Source of the DNA: an uncultured delta proteobacterium
Lineage (GTDB): Bacteria > Myxococcota > Myxococcia > Myxococcales > Myxococcaceae
Length of the DNA: 64,000 nucleotides
Direction: 5' to 3'
Assembly (NCBI GenBank): GCA_963771175.1
Contig: CAVYSY010000047.1
Span: forward strand, 53,785-117,784
Shown here: one piece after another, positions 20,900 to 33,898 of the stretch
How the letters are laid out: every line of letters begins with the position of its first letter
Numbering within the stretch: position 1 is the first letter of the stretch
Notes under the pieces: model-generated
Told to the model about the DNA's origin: nothing
Database searches by the model: none
The model's input: only the letters and a program-made list of their open reading frames with translations
Made by a program: the position numbers and the translations under genes

Positions 20900-21394
20900 A
20901 TGCCCCCTGCCCCGCTCTGTCCCTGCTCCTCCGGCCTGCGCTACCGCCAGTGCTGCGCCCGCTACCACAAGGGCGAGGCGGAAGCGCCGGACGCCGAGGC
21001 CCTGATGCGCTCGCGCTACAGCGCCTTCGCCCTGGGCGAGGTGGAGTACCTGTGGCGCACGCTGCACCCCGAGCACCCCGACCGCGCCAGGCCCAAGGAC
21101 GAGCTGCTGCGCGAGCTGCGTGCGGTGGCCCGTGGCCACAAGTACCCGCGGCTGAACGTGCTGGACCGGTGGCTGCCGCCGGACACCACGGGCACGGCGC
21201 GGGTGCTCTTCCACGCTCGCGTCTTCGAGACGGGAAAGGATCGCTCCTTCGTGGAGCGCTCCGAGTTCCGGCACGACGGCACGGGCTGGCGCTACCTGTC
21301 CGGAGTGGCCCTGGCCCCGAGCGCGCTGCCCGTCCCGCCCGAGTCCCTCACCCTCGCGAACTTTCCCTCTCCTGGCGAGAAGGGCGCGGGGTGA
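20900..21394 (+). CDS. YchJ-family SEC-C metal-binding protein
   Basis: CPCSSG..CC, EALMRSRYSAF, ERSEF..GWRY. Confidence 0.88.
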   Translation: MPPAPLCPCSSGLRYRQCCARYHKGEAEAPDAEALMRSRYSAFALGEVEYLWRTLHPEHPDRARPKDELLRELRAVARGHKYPRLNVLDRWLPPDTTGTARVLFHARVFETGKDRSFVERSEFRHDGTGWRYLSGVALAPSALPVPPESLTLANFPSPGEKGAG

Positions 21395-21406
21395 GGAGCC
21401 CCGCTC

Positions 21407-22960
<1,554 letters not shown>

Positions 22961-23080
22961 CGAGGGACATCCTCCCTGGGGGAAGATGCGGACCCCGTGT
23001 CGACTGACAACCACTCGGCGAGGGATGGAAGACGGGCCGGAGGGCGCTCGCCCGCCGCTCCCCTCCCCTGGCGGTCGTGC

Positions 23081-24649
23081 CTACAGCCCGCCCATGTCGT
23101 AGCTGGAGGGCACGTCCACGTGGAAGGCGAGGTCCACGGAGCGCTGCTCGGCGGGGGCGAGCGTCACCTTCCAGGAGACGATGCCATCCATCGCCTCGAG
23201 CGCGTGGCCGCCGGTGGTCTTCTCCGAGTCCAGCTCCACCTTCACGTCGTCGAGCTCGGAGACGGGGATGTGCTCGGCCACCTCCACCACTTCGGGGCGC
23301 TCGCGGTAGTTGGCCAGGTTGAAGCGGTAGACGTAGCGGAAGCGGCGCCGGCCCCCGAAGAGGCCCTCGGTGCGGGCGATCTCCTCCACCACCACGCGCT
23401 CCACGCGCAGCGACTCCTCGAGGCCGAAGGTGAGCTCGAAGGCGCCGCCCTGGGGAACCTGCTCCAGTGACTGACGGCCGATGAAGCCCGAGGCGCGGAA
23501 CACGTCCACGGGGCCCGGCAGCAGCGGGAAGGGAGCGCCGTTGACGAGGCTCGCCACGCGGAACACCACCGGGTGCAGCTTGGGCACGGCGCGCCAGACG
23601 AAGGAGGACTTCAGCTTCGTGCCCGCCACGCGCAGCCGCACGGCCGTGCCATCGCCGGGCACCTGCGCCAGCTCGGGCACGAGGAGCTGCACGGAGACGC
23701 CCTGCGAGGCCGCGCTCAGCGAGCCCTGCGTCTCCGCCGGAGCCTGCTTTCCGCCCCGGGCGTGCTCGTGCTGCTCGTCGCGCCGGACCAGCACCTTGCG
23801 CTCAGCGGGCCGCTCGTAGGCGCTCAGCGCCAGGGGCTTCAGCTCGGGTGGCGACGCGTTGGCGCGCGGCCGGGCGGTGGAGAGCACCAGCCGCACGCCG
23901 GACCAGTCCTCGCCGGTGGACTGGCGCACGGTGGCGAAGGTGGAGAGCTCCACCCGGCCACCGGCCTCGTCGGCGCGCGCCTCGTAGGAGGGGGCCCAGC
24001 CCGCGCCGCCCACCACGTACTGCAGCTCCACGCGGGCACGACCCTCCGAGGGGCAAGCCAGCCGCACCTCCACCCGCCGCTCCATGCGCTCGGCCGACTC
24101 ACCGAGGTACGACTCCTGCTCGCGCAGCCAGTCCAGCTCGCGCTGCACCTCGCGCATGCGGGCGGCCCGGGTCGTCACGTCACTGACGGCGCGCAGCCGG
24201 GTGTCCAGCGCGGCGTCGAAGGCGGCGGCCCACGCTCGGGTGTCCGGCTTGGGCTCGGCGAGCTCGCGCGTCACCCGCTGCCCGGACAGCTCGGCGAGAC
24301 CCTCGCCCAGCTTCCGCAACGCCTCGGCGCGCGCGCGAGCATCCACCAACTCCGCCATCTCGCGCTCCAGGGCCTCGCGCTTCTTGCGCAAAGACTCCGT
24401 CTCGGGGCCGAAGCGGTGCTCCAGGGTGCGCTCCTCGGCCACGAGGCTCTCCACGGTGGCGTCCTCGGAGCGGGCGCGGAAGCTGGCGGGGTCCGCGGCG
24501 GGCGGCACGGACTCGAAGACGGCGAGCGCGCGGCCGGTACACGCCACCGTCTCCACCCGAGTCACCAGGGCACGATCCGGATAGACGACGACGGAGGACA
24601 CCTTCGTGGGGGCGACGAGCGCCAGCATCATCAGGGGAAGGGTGTGCAT
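23081..24649 (-). CDS. DUF4140/DUF4139 (MuiA-like) exported protein
   Basis: VVVYPDRALVTR, WAPSYEAR, VRQSTGEDW, LSTARP, LLPGPVDVF. Confidence 0.85.
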   Translation of the reverse strand: MHTLPLMMLALVAPTKVSSVVVYPDRALVTRVETVACTGRALAVFESVPPAADPASFRARSEDATVESLVAEERTLEHRFGPETESLRKKREALEREMAELVDARARAEALRKLGEGLAELSGQRVTRELAEPKPDTRAWAAAFDAALDTRLRAVSDVTTRAARMREVQRELDWLREQESYLGESAERMERRVEVRLACPSEGRARVELQYVVGGAGWAPSYEARADEAGGRVELSTFATVRQSTGEDWSGVRLVLSTARPRANASPPELKPLALSAYERPAERKVLVRRDEQHEHARGGKQAPAETQGSLSAASQGVSVQLLVPELAQVPGDGTAVRLRVAGTKLKSSFVWRAVPKLHPVVFRVASLVNGAPFPLLPGPVDVFRASGFIGRQSLEQVPQGGAFELTFGLEESLRVERVVVEEIARTEGLFGGRRRFRYVYRFNLANYRERPEVVEVAEHIPVSELDDVKVELDSEKTTGGHALEAMDGIVSWKVTLAPAEQRSVDLAFHVDVPSSYDMGGL

Positions 24650-24659
24650 GGGCGGCTCC

Positions 24660-26585
24660 TCACTGGCTCTGCTGCAGGCGCCAGCCCCTGGGGTGGCGGA
24701 CCGTGTATACGAAGGACACTGACTTCTTCTCCGAGGGCGGCACCGACAGGCGCCACTCCAGCGTGCCCTTGTCCTTGTCCTGCTCGGCGTAGGGCTCGGT
24801 GCGCACGAGCTTCACCTCCACGTCCTCATGGCGAGACAACGGCCACTGGTCGTGGATGCGAACCGGGAGGGCGAAGGGGTACGGGTTGGCCACCTCGATG
24901 GTGACGAGGTACTCGGTGAGGTCGTCCTTGCCGATGAGCCCCTTCTCCGCCGTCACGAGCTTCACGTTGCGCACCGGGCGCACCGCCGAGTCGATGCCGA
25001 GCGGCAGGGTGAAGGCCTCGCCCGGAGACACCACCGAGAGCCGGGCCTGGCCCGCGGGGTCGGCCCCGACGAAGAGCTGCGCCTCGCCGCCGGGCAGCAC
25101 CTGCTTCGAGGGGCCGCGCAGCTCCGCCACGAGGAAGGCATTCGGGGTGAGGGCGGGGTACAGCTTGCGCTCCACCTGCACGGGCCACGTCTCGGTGAAG
25201 AGGGGCACACGCCGCTCGCCCCCGCCGCTGCGTACCGTCTCGCGGCGCTGCGCGGGGAAGGCCAGGGCGTAGCCGCCGGCGAGCGAGGCGGGCAGGTTCG
25301 GGTCCATCGCGGGCCGCCGCCAGCTCGCGGGAGGCGCGAGGCCCACGGGGACGGACACCTCCGGACGCGGCGCCGGGCGCGACACCGTGCTGCTTCTGGC
25401 GCCGCTGATGACAACCTCCTCAACCGCCTCGATGTAATCGTTCTCGGGAGTGGTCGCCGCCACCGGCGCGCTGGGGGCAGGTTCGAGGAACTCCTTATCG
25501 ACGTTGGCGCCCGCGCTCGTGGAACCGACGTCGATAGAGGGCGGGGCAGAAGGCGGGGGCGGGGGCATACCCAACACCACGCCCGCCGTCGCGGTGGGGC
25601 CGATGAGCGAGAGGAGGCGGGAGCGAAGCTGCTCGTCCTCCTTCGGCACCTCGGGCGGAGGCGGAGGAACGGGCGGCGGGGAGCGCCAGGAGTCGGCGAC
25701 CGGGGCGGGGGTGGGAATGAAGCGCTCGCGCTGGCCGATCTTCCAGGTGGCGATCCTCGGCGCGGTGGTGGCGGTGGCGGGGAGGGCGGTGCTGAGCGTG
25801 AGCGCCGCGTCCTCCCAATCCTCGCCGCTCTCCTGGCTGACGCGACCGGCGAAGGCCACCTGGACGCGGTTGGACTCGGGCTCGAGCCGCAGCTCATAGG
25901 AGGGGTACCAGCGCGCACCCGTGGTGACGTAGGTGAGCGTGAGCGTCGCGGAACCCTGGCCCGAGAGCGTGGGGACGACCTCCAGCCCCGGGCGCTGCGG
26001 AGTGCCGCCGAGCTGCCGCGCCTCCTGAACACGCCGCGAGAGCTCGCGTTCGAGCACCTCCTCACGCTGGCTCACTTCCCGCAGCTTCGCCTGGAGGTGG
26101 GAAGTGGCCGCCACCAGGAAGTCGGTGGCGGCGCGCCAGCCGGAGGCATCGAGCCGGGAGGGGCGCTGGGCGGTCGAAGTCGTGGAGGGAGGGGTGTTCT
26201 CCGGAGGGACGACGGGCTGAACCTTGCCGAGCGCCTCGAGCTGTGCGGAGTAGACCTCGCGCTCGGCGTGGGTCTGGGCGATCTGATCATCGAGCCGCTC
26301 CAGCTCGGTGACGAGCCGGCGGGCCTCGGTGGCGGGCAGGGATTTGGCATCGACAGGGCGGATGTCGACCCGAGTCACCTCGGCGCCCTGGGCCTCCACG
26401 CGAATGCTGGAGGGGTCCACCGAGCCAAGAAGGAAGGGCAGCTCCACGCGTTGGGTGCCGGAGAGGCTCACCCTGGCGGTGCGCACCACGCGGGCCCGGT
26501 CGCTGTAGACGGTGACCGAGGTGACGGGAGCATCCACCGCGGCGAGCCAGAAGGCGCCCAGGGCTGAAAGTCCGAAGACGGGCAT
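24660..26585 (-). CDS. DUF4140/DUF4139 (MuiA-like) exported protein, paralog 2
   Basis: VTVYSDRARVVR, WYPSYELR, VSQESGEDW, LSTA, LPGGEAQLF; Pro-rich central insert. Confidence 0.85.
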   Translation of the reverse strand: MPVFGLSALGAFWLAAVDAPVTSVTVYSDRARVVRTARVSLSGTQRVELPFLLGSVDPSSIRVEAQGAEVTRVDIRPVDAKSLPATEARRLVTELERLDDQIAQTHAEREVYSAQLEALGKVQPVVPPENTPPSTTSTAQRPSRLDASGWRAATDFLVAATSHLQAKLREVSQREEVLERELSRRVQEARQLGGTPQRPGLEVVPTLSGQGSATLTLTYVTTGARWYPSYELRLEPESNRVQVAFAGRVSQESGEDWEDAALTLSTALPATATTAPRIATWKIGQRERFIPTPAPVADSWRSPPPVPPPPPEVPKEDEQLRSRLLSLIGPTATAGVVLGMPPPPPSAPPSIDVGSTSAGANVDKEFLEPAPSAPVAATTPENDYIEAVEEVVISGARSSTVSRPAPRPEVSVPVGLAPPASWRRPAMDPNLPASLAGGYALAFPAQRRETVRSGGGERRVPLFTETWPVQVERKLYPALTPNAFLVAELRGPSKQVLPGGEAQLFVGADPAGQARLSVVSPGEAFTLPLGIDSAVRPVRNVKLVTAEKGLIGKDDLTEYLVTIEVANPYPFALPVRIHDQWPLSRHEDVEVKLVRTEPYAEQDKDKGTLEWRLSVPPSEKKSVSFVYTVRHPRGWRLQQSQ

Positions 26586-26729
26586 GCCTCCTTGTACCGT
26601 CCCCGCCTCGGTGCCGTCACCCGCCCATGGCCGAGCGCACTCGGAGTGCGGGGAAGCGGAGGCGCCGCGCACGACGTGCCCTGACGGGTCCCTTTCAATG
26701 TACCGGATGGCTCGCATAGCGTCCGGTGC

Positions 26730-28139
26730 ATGGCGGATTTCGACCTGGTGGTGATCGGCTCGGGCCCCGCGGGCGAGAAGGGCGCGGTGCATGCGGCCCT
26801 TCACGGCAAGCGGGTGGCGGTGGTCGAGCGCGAGCCGGTGCTCGGCGGTACGGCGGCCAACACAGGCACCCTGCCCTCCAAGACGCTGCGCGAGACCTCG
26901 CTGTACCTCTCGGGCTTCCGTCAGCGGGGCCTGTACGGGGTGGACACGAACCTGCGCCAGGAGGCCACGGTCTCGGACTTCCTCTACCGCGAGCGCCGGG
27001 TGAAGGGCATCGAGCGCCAGCGCATCCTGGAGGACCTGAAGCGCCACGGAGTGGAATTGCTGTACGGCCGGGGCGAGCTGGCGGACGCGCACACGGTGGT
27101 GGTGCGCCGCGAGGGCGAGTCGGAGCGCAGGCTGACGGCGGACGTCATCCTGGTGGCCACCGGCTCCTCGCCGTACCGCCCGCCGCTGTATCCCTTCGGG
27201 GACCCGCGGGTGCATGACTCGGACGAGCTCCTCGACCTGTCCGAGCTGCCGCGGGCGCTGGTGGTGGTGGGCGCTGGCGTCATCGGCTGCGAGTACGCGT
27301 GCATGTTCGCCGCACTGGGCATCCCGGTGACGCTGGTGGACCCCAAACCGGAGCTACTGCCCTTCCTGGACGACGAGTTCTCCGCGCTGCTCCGGCAGCG
27401 CATGGAGGCGGTCGGGGTGCGGATGCGGCTGGGGCGGACGGTGGAGACGGTGGACGTGCCTCCGGCCGCGAAGGAGCCCATCCGGCTGACGCTGTCGGAC
27501 GGCGAGAAGCTGGAGGTGGACCAGGTGCTGGTGGCCTCGGGACGCTCGGCGAACACGGCGGGGCTGGGCCTGGAGGCGGTGGGCGTGAAGCTGGGAGCGC
27601 GCGGGCAGGTGGAGGTGGGGCCCGAGTACCAGACGGCGGTGCCCGGCATCTACGCGGTGGGGGACGTCATCGGCTTCCCCGCGCTGGCGTCCACGTCGAT
27701 GGAGCAGGCGCGCATCGCGGTGATGCACGCCTTCGGGCTGGAGGACCCGAACAAGATGGCGCCGGTGCTGCCCTACGGCATCTACACCATCCCCGAGGTC
27801 TCCATGGCGGGCGAGACGGAGGAGGCGCTCCGGGCCAAGGACATCCCCTACGTGGTGGGCCGCGCCGCGTTCTCCACCAACCCGCGAGGGCAGATCATCG
27901 GCGAGTCCCACGGACTGCTGAAGCTGCTCTTCCGCCGCGAGGACCTGCGGCTGATGGGCGTGCACGTGCTGGGCGAGCAGGCCTCGGAGTTGGTGCACGT
28001 GGGGCTGATGGGGCTGATGACGGGCGCCACCGCGCGCATCTTCGTGGAGACGTGCTTCAACTACCCCACGCTCTCCGAGGCCTACAAGACGGCCACCTAC
28101 GACGCGCTCGACAAGGTGCGCGCGCCGAAGCGGCCCTGA
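26730..28139 (+). CDS. sthA: Soluble pyridine nucleotide transhydrogenase
   Basis: GSGPAG, GTLPSKTLRE (no redox Cys pair), GAGVIGCEYA, GDVIGFPALAS, YTIPE, FNYPTLSEAYK. Confidence 0.92.
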   Translation: MADFDLVVIGSGPAGEKGAVHAALHGKRVAVVEREPVLGGTAANTGTLPSKTLRETSLYLSGFRQRGLYGVDTNLRQEATVSDFLYRERRVKGIERQRILEDLKRHGVELLYGRGELADAHTVVVRREGESERRLTADVILVATGSSPYRPPLYPFGDPRVHDSDELLDLSELPRALVVVGAGVIGCEYACMFAALGIPVTLVDPKPELLPFLDDEFSALLRQRMEAVGVRMRLGRTVETVDVPPAAKEPIRLTLSDGEKLEVDQVLVASGRSANTAGLGLEAVGVKLGARGQVEVGPEYQTAVPGIYAVGDVIGFPALASTSMEQARIAVMHAFGLEDPNKMAPVLPYGIYTIPEVSMAGETEEALRAKDIPYVVGRAAFSTNPRGQIIGESHGLLKLLFRREDLRLMGVHVLGEQASELVHVGLMGLMTGATARIFVETCFNYPTLSEAYKTATYDALDKVRAPKRP

Positions 28140-28152
28140 GACGGCAACGGGC

Positions 28153-29461
<1,309 letters not shown>

Positions 29462-29476
29462 GGGCAACTCTCGCTG

Positions 29477-29517
29477 AAAAAGAAACGCGCGCGAGCCAAT
29501 CAGAGGCCCGCGCGCGT
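29477..29517 (-). terminator. Intrinsic terminator-like hairpin between metK and ahcY
   Basis: 13-bp stem ACGCGCGCGGGCC/GGCUCGCGCGCGU (one G-U pair, minus strand only), loop UCUGAUU, then UUCUUUUU. Confidence 0.75.
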
Positions 29518-29553
29518 CTTCAAGTCAGCGAATCGTGAGGCGTTGACTCCGGG

Positions 29554-30725
29554 CTACACCGCCTTGAGGCGGGAGCCGGCCACGGCCTCGCGCAGCACGT
29601 CCTTCTTGTCGGTGCGCTCCCAGGTGAACTCCTTCTCGGTGCGGCCGAAGTGACCGTACGCGGCGGTCTTCTGGTAGATGGGCCGCAGCAGGTCCAGGTG
29701 CTCGATGATCTCGCGCGGCTTGAGGCCGAACGTCTGGCGGATGGCCGGCGGCGATCTTCTCCTCGGGCACGGTGGCCGTGCCGAAGGTCTCCACCAGCAC
29801 GCTGACCGGCTCGGCCACGCCGATGGCGTAGGCGACCTGCACCTCGCAGCGGCGCGCCAGGCCGGCGGCCACCACGTTCTTGGCGATGTAGCGGCCCATG
29901 TACGCGGCCGAGCGGTCCACCTTGGACGGGTCCTTGCCCGAGAAGGCGCCGCCGCCGTGACGGCCCATGCCGCCGTAGGTGTCCACGATGATCTTCCGGC
30001 CGGTCACGCCCGAGTCGCCCATGGGGCCGCCGATGACGAAGCGGCCGGTGGGGTTGATGTAGAACTTGGTCTTGGCGTCGATGAGCTTCTTGGGCAGCGC
30101 CTTGGCGATGACGTCCTCGCGGATGGCCTCGTGGATCTTCTTGTTCGAGACGTCATCCGCGTGCTGCGTGGACACCACCACCGCGTCGATGCGGACCGGG
30201 CGGCCGTTGCTGGTACTCGACCGTCACCTGGCTCTTGCCGTCCGGGCGCAGCCAGTCGTGCTTCTTGCGGCGCACGTCGGCCAGGCGCTTGGTGAGCGCG
30301 TGGGCGTAGTGGATGGGCGCCGGCATCAGCTCCGTCGTCTCGTCGCAGGCGTAGCCGAACATCATGCCCTGGTCGCCGGCGCCCTGCTCCTTCTTGTTGT
30401 CCACGCCCCGGGCGATGTCCTGGCTCTGGCCCTCGATGGCCACCATGACGCCGCAGGTGTGGCCGTCGTAGCCCATGGAGCTGTCGGTGTAGCCGATGCG
30501 GCAGATGGTGCCGCGGACGATCTTCGGGATGTCGACGTAGCAGTTGGTGGTCACCTCGCCGGCGACGATGGCGAGGCCCGTCTTCACCAGCGTCTCCACG
30601 GCCACGCGGCCCTGGGGGTCCTTGGCGAGGATGGCGTCCAGCACGCCGTCGGAGATCTGGTCGGCGATCTTGTCCGGGTGGCCTTCGGTGACGGATTCGG
30701 AGGTGAACAGGTAGTCGGTCGGCAT
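29554..30725 (-). CDS. metK: S-adenosylmethionine synthetase (apparent frameshifts near 30205 and 29750)
   Basis: [56 protein letters not shown]. Confidence 0.95.
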
Positions 30726-30780
30726 GTCTTCTTCAGCGATCGTGAGGGGGAACGCGCGCCTCGGCGGCGTGAAGCGCAGG

Positions 30781-30810
30781 ACACTAGACGTTGGGCTCTA
30801 GAGGAGTCAA
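30781..30810 (-). promoter_or_regulatory. Putative sigma70-type promoter of metK
   Basis: Minus strand TTGACT-N18-TAGTGT, about 55 nt upstream of the metK ATG. Confidence 0.55.
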
Positions 30811-30966
30811 ACCCGTAAACCCTCCTGGTAATTCGCCCCACGACAGTCCTCCCTCGCAGGCAGGCGACCCGGCCCCCGGACCCCTCGCCGGGTGCCCGTT
30901 GAATTTCGCGCGCTCCGGGCCGTTCCTCTGGGCTACAGAGACTGCCCTCTTCCAGGAAGGATTCGA

Positions 30967-31563
30967 ATGATCGCTCGCCTCCGCTCCCTCGCCCTGCTGG
31001 CCACCCTGACCCTCGCCGCGCCGGTGCTCGCCGCCCCCAACGAGCCCGTGGCCAAGCCGGTGAAGACCCTCGTGCAGTCCGTGCGCTACAGCAAGGACGA
31101 GCTCGCGCTCAAGCACTTCGACGACGAGGAGCAGGGGCGCTTCCTGCTCGGCGACGACTGGGCCAAGGGCACGGACGCCCAGCGCAAGGAGTTCACCCAG
31201 CTCTTCAACAGCCTCTTCGCCAAGATCGCCTTCCCGAAGGTGCGCGAGAACTTCAAGAACCTCGCCTCCATCACCTACGAGGACCCGGCGGTGGAGGGCG
31301 ACACGGCGAAGATGAAGTCCACCATCGTCATCGAGCACCCGCTGAAGAAGCAGGAGATGAAGCTCCTGTACTCGCTGGCGAAGGACAAGGGCAGCGCCTG
31401 GAAGGTCGTGGACGTGGCGGTGCTCGGCGACTCGATGCTCACCGGCATCCGCGACGATCAGATCCGGCCCATCATGGCGCAGGGCGGCTGGGACCACCTG
31501 CTGGACCTGATGCGCAAGAAGAACGCCGAGCTGACCGCCCTGGACAACAAGGGCAAGAAGTAG
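30967..31563 (+). CDS. MlaC/Ttg2-family periplasmic lipid-binding protein
   Basis: Signal peptide; W..T.AQRKEFTQLF and WKVVDVAVLGDSML motifs. Confidence 0.8.
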   Translation: MIARLRSLALLATLTLAAPVLAAPNEPVAKPVKTLVQSVRYSKDELALKHFDDEEQGRFLLGDDWAKGTDAQRKEFTQLFNSLFAKIAFPKVRENFKNLASITYEDPAVEGDTAKMKSTIVIEHPLKKQEMKLLYSLAKDKGSAWKVVDVAVLGDSMLTGIRDDQIRPIMAQGGWDHLLDLMRKKNAELTALDNKGKK

Positions 31564-31648
31564 TCGCACCGCGCTCCGGGACCGAGCGGCCGGGCGCCCA
31601 GGAAGTGAACACGGTTCGAGGCACGGATACCGGCTAGACTCCTGGCCG

Positions 31649-33776
31649 ATGTCCGTGCCCCTGCCCCAGCCAGCCGACATGCGTGAAGGGCGCTCCTCCC
31701 GCGAGGTGGACGCCTTCTGCGTCCAGTTCGCTCCGCGAGCCCCGGGTCACCCCGCCGTCCGAGACCTGCAGCAGCTCCTGGCCGACGTCCCCCAGGAGGG
31801 CGCTCGAGGCGCGGCTGCAGTGGGTGGAGCGGTGGGTGGAATGGCTGCGCGACCCCAAGCCCGCCCTGGGGTTGATGGAGCCCGCCGAGCCCGAGGCCCC
31901 CGCGGCGGTCACCGCGCCTCGCGCTGCTGGTGCGGGTGCTGGAGGACCCGGGCCGCGGCCCGCCAGTCCGTGGGCGCCCTCGTGCGCGAGGTGCTCGCCG
32001 GGACGAGCGGGCTGAAGCTCTTCGCGCAGGTGGGCCTGCTCGCCGGTCAGGGCTTCCTTGGCGAGGTGTCGGACCGGCTCGCCCGCCGCCTGCTCCCCGC
32101 CCCGCCCGAGGACCGGCAGCTCTCGGCGAGCTGCTGCCGCGCCTCTTTCCGGAGCCGGAGGACGCCGCCTGGCTGGAGGCCCTGCCCCCGGCGCTGCTGG
32201 CACGGCTCTCCACGCTGCTGGGCGAGCGAGACCCTACCTCCGGCGCGCGGGCCCGCGGCAGATGGTGCGCGCCGACCTGGTGGACGCGCTCTGCCTGCTG
32301 GCCGTGCAGACGGCGGCCCTGGGCCTCACCGAGGACGTGCGGGACCGCTGCCCGGAGGTACGTCGCTTCCGCTCCTCGCCCTTCCTGCGCTGCGCCGGGT
32401 GAGCGAGGGCGTGCTCGCCCGCGACGCGCGCGCCGGACAGCGCTGCGGGAGCTGGGCCGACGTGCTGGAGGAGTGCCGGCAGGTGGTGGCCACGTGCACG
32501 CAGCCACCTGGAGACGTACGGGGTGAGCGTGGACCTGGTGTACCGGCTGGAGCGCATCCGCCGGAGCCTGGAGCGCATGGAGGCCATCGGCCGGGTGCTG
32601 GCGCACGCCGCCCGGCGAGGCCCGCTGGCGCGAGGGGCTCGCGCTGCTGGCGGACCTGCTGCGCCGCGCGCACGCGGACCGCTCGGTGCGCGCGGTGGTG
32701 GCGAGCAACGTGCGGCTGCTGGCGCGCAAGGTCATCGAGCGCGCGGGGGCCACTCGCGGCGAGCACTACATCACCACCACCCGCGCCGAGTACCACCACA
32801 TGGTGCACTCGGCGGCCGGCGGCGGGCTGCTCACCGCCGTTCACCGCCGGCCTCAAGTTCGTCGCTCGCCACGCTCGCGCTGGCGCCCTTCTTCTACGGG
32901 CTGTCGCCGCGCTCAACTACGTGGGCAGCTTCGTGCTGATGCAGTTGCTGGGCTTCACGCTGGCCACCAAGCAGCCGTCCATGACGGCGGCCACGCTGGG
33001 CGGGCGCGCATCGAGCCAGGGCGGCCGCGGGCGGGCGGCTGTCGCGCCTGGTGGAGCTCATCCCCCGCATCACCCGCTCGCAGCTCGCCACGGCGCTGGG
33101 CAACCTGGGCATCGTGCTGCCGGCGGCGGTGGGCGCTGTCGCTGGTCTTCGCAGTGGTGGAAGGGACGCCCGCTGCTCAACGACGGCCCAGGCGCAGTAC
33201 GTGGTGGACAGCGCTGCACCCCTGGAAGAGCGGCACCCTCTTCTACGCGGCGCTGACGGGCGTGCTGCTGTGGCTGTCCAGCGCTCGCGGCCGGGTGGCT
33301 GGAGAACTGGGCGGTGTACCGGCGGCTCCCCGAGGCGCTCGCGCACCACCGGGTGCTGCGCCGGGTGCTGGGCGAGTCCGGGGCACGGAAGCTGGCTGAG
33401 CCTCTTCGCGCACCACATCGCCGGCACTGGGCGGCAACGTGAGCATCGGCGTGCTGCTCGCGCTGCCGCCCGTGGTGGGGGCCTTCTTCGGGCTGCCGCT
33501 GGACGTGCGCCACGTGACGCTGTCCTTCGGGCAGCTCTGCCCTGGCCGGGTACGCGCTGGGGCCCGAGGCCGTGCTGCAGCCGGACTTCCTCGCGGCGGT
33601 GGCGAGGCATCGGGCTCACCCTGGCCATCAACTTCGGGGTGTCCTTCTCGCTCGCCCTGGCCGTGGCGCTGCGAGCGCGTGACGTGCCCTGGACGGACGC
33701 GCTGCGACTGGTACGCGGGGTGGGGGTCCGCTTCCTGAGGGAGCCGCGCTCCTTCCTCCTTCCTCCTCGGGAATAA
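31649..33776 (+). CDS. PF10136 'site-specific recombinase' family multi-pass membrane protein (many frameshifts; sequencing errors or pseudogene)
   Basis: Fragments GVSVDLVYRLERI, GEHYITTTRAEY, NYVGSFVLMQLLGFTLATKQPSMTAA, GLPLDVRHVTLS, NFGVSFSLAL in shifting frames. Confidence 0.75.
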
Positions 33777-33898
33777 ACAGGGGGAGGGGGTTACGTCCCC
33801 CCCTTGACCCCCTCCGGGAGTGAACCTGGGCAGCCGAGCAGTCGGGGACACTGAAGCGTGCTTCAGACAGACGCGGTTCTCCTGTAGGGTCCGCGCCG

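Noticed and set aside
19339..20901. 520-aa ORF suggesting an extended Nudix protein
   Set aside because: The N-terminal part is an alternative frame of uppP; the Nudix domain starts near 19923
29462..29553. Canonical SAH or SAM riboswitch upstream of ahcY (and of metK)
   Set aside because: I could not recognise the conserved aptamer elements; reported instead as an unclassified terminator and motif
31649..33776. Integrase or mobile element implied by the 'site-specific recombinase' family name
   Set aside because: Multi-pass membrane protein with no recombinase catalytic motif or att sites
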